Shown here: in pieces, positions 62,864-64,000 of the stretch
Layout: each line of letters starts with the position of its first letter
Numbering within the stretch: position 1 is the stretch's first letter
NCBI GenBank assembly: GCA_964016885.1
Contig: OZ024740.1
Location: 222,456,001 to 222,520,000, forward strand
Reading direction: 5' to 3'
DNA from: Eledone cirrhosa
Lineage: Eukaryota
Length of the DNA: 64,000 nucleotides
Notes under the pieces: model-generated
Told to the model about the DNA's origin: nothing
The model's database searches: none
Seen by the model: only the letters and a program-made list of their open reading frames with translations
Translations under genes and position numbers: made by a program

Positions 62864-63849
62864 TTATTACAAGAATGATGGGTGGAATGGCAATGAACTC
62901 ATAAAAAGTATCTTAAACGAAAGGTATCTGCAATAAAATCTCCCCCTCGTCAACTTTGCCTGTTATGGATCTATAAAATAGATACCAATAATATTACTGA
63001 ATAGATCTAATTTTCTGTTTGTCACCCAAATGTGTGATTCTGTGTTTATGTTTGAAATCATTGATATTTCTGAAGAAGTTAAAATACTCAAACATTTATT
63101 CTGTGTTAGATACTTTACATAATAAACACGTACATAAACATACACATTTAGATAAAAACTTCTGTTGAGATTGTGTTTAGATTCATTTCTATTTACATTT
63201 AATTGTTTGTAAAAAAAACATAAACAAACATACAAACAAACAGATAGTGTGAAGTTAAATTGAAAATGTATTTCATTTTAGAAAAAAGTTTTCATATTTT
63301 ATATTTACACTAAGCTGTATTTTAAAAAACAATTTTCTCAAGATGAGGTTTATATATATTTCTATTTTTCTATGAATATTATTAGGAGAATATGTATTTT
63401 AATGTACTGAATGCTAAATAATATCTTCATGACCAATTTGTTTTACTACAAAAGTTTTTTGACCAATTTGTCTTTCAAAGAGTATACTTTTGACCAATAT
63501 ATTTTTGACCAATGTGTTTTAAATAAATGTGCCATAATACCTAATATTACATATACAGCAGTGTATGTTCAACATATTTTTTCCCAATCTTTGCATACCT
63601 TCTGCATTCAATGCCCATGTTTCACTATCATGCAACATTGCATTCTTTTCACAAGCACTATATAATTTCCCCAATACTCATAGAGCGAATGGCTTCTTTG
63701 CCATCAGTGGTAATAGCATCTTGAACATTCTATATTGTTATTTTGGGTACTTCCACTTTGACTAATTTAGAAAACAAAATTTAAGTCTGCAAAGTTCAGA
63801 AATTTTTTCTCATGTAATTTTCTGTTGAATGAGAGATCTACATAAGGAA

Positions 63850-64000
63850 ATGATTGAGAGAAGCTTGCTGAAGCACTGTTTGTGTATATATTCTGGAAAC
63901 AAAGAATTAAAATCTATTGACATATATAATCGCCTCAAAGATCTTGGTAAATCATATAACAGGTGTATTGAGAAATGTGAACGAGTTGAAATTTGAAAGG
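63850..64000 (+). mobile_element. possible mariner transposase N-terminal (HTH) relic, cut by the window end
   Basis: KELKSIDIYNRLK..G..Y...V.K...LKFER resembles the mariner HTH; degenerate. Confidence 0.35.

Overview
AT-rich, microsatellite-laden eukaryotic DNA made mostly of transposable elements. The SINE/RTE content looks cephalopod (Octopus-like); that assignment is inference only. Elements found: three RTE LINE copies, a decayed Gypsy LTR element (PBS, one LTR, TSD), several Penelope-like element (PLE) relics, CRE-like fragments, tRNA-derived SINEs, mariner MITEs, a MITE-derived satellite and a non-autonomous Helitron. There are also probable tiny exons of a + strand host gene encoding a signal peptide. 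The most striking signal is a dense set of hammerhead ribozymes (HHR). A near-perfect 310-bp tandem array (28161-30900) carries a type I HHR in every unit (9 copies, in two head-to-head blocks), which makes it a retrozyme/circRNA-type element. Several unrelated HHR families occur elsewhere, usually in (TA)n-embedded fold-back insertions with a one-sided tail. That architecture matches the HHR-bearing Penelope element at 31.4-36.5 kb. All calls were made by eye; element boundaries are approximate and no ribozyme activity is demonstrated.
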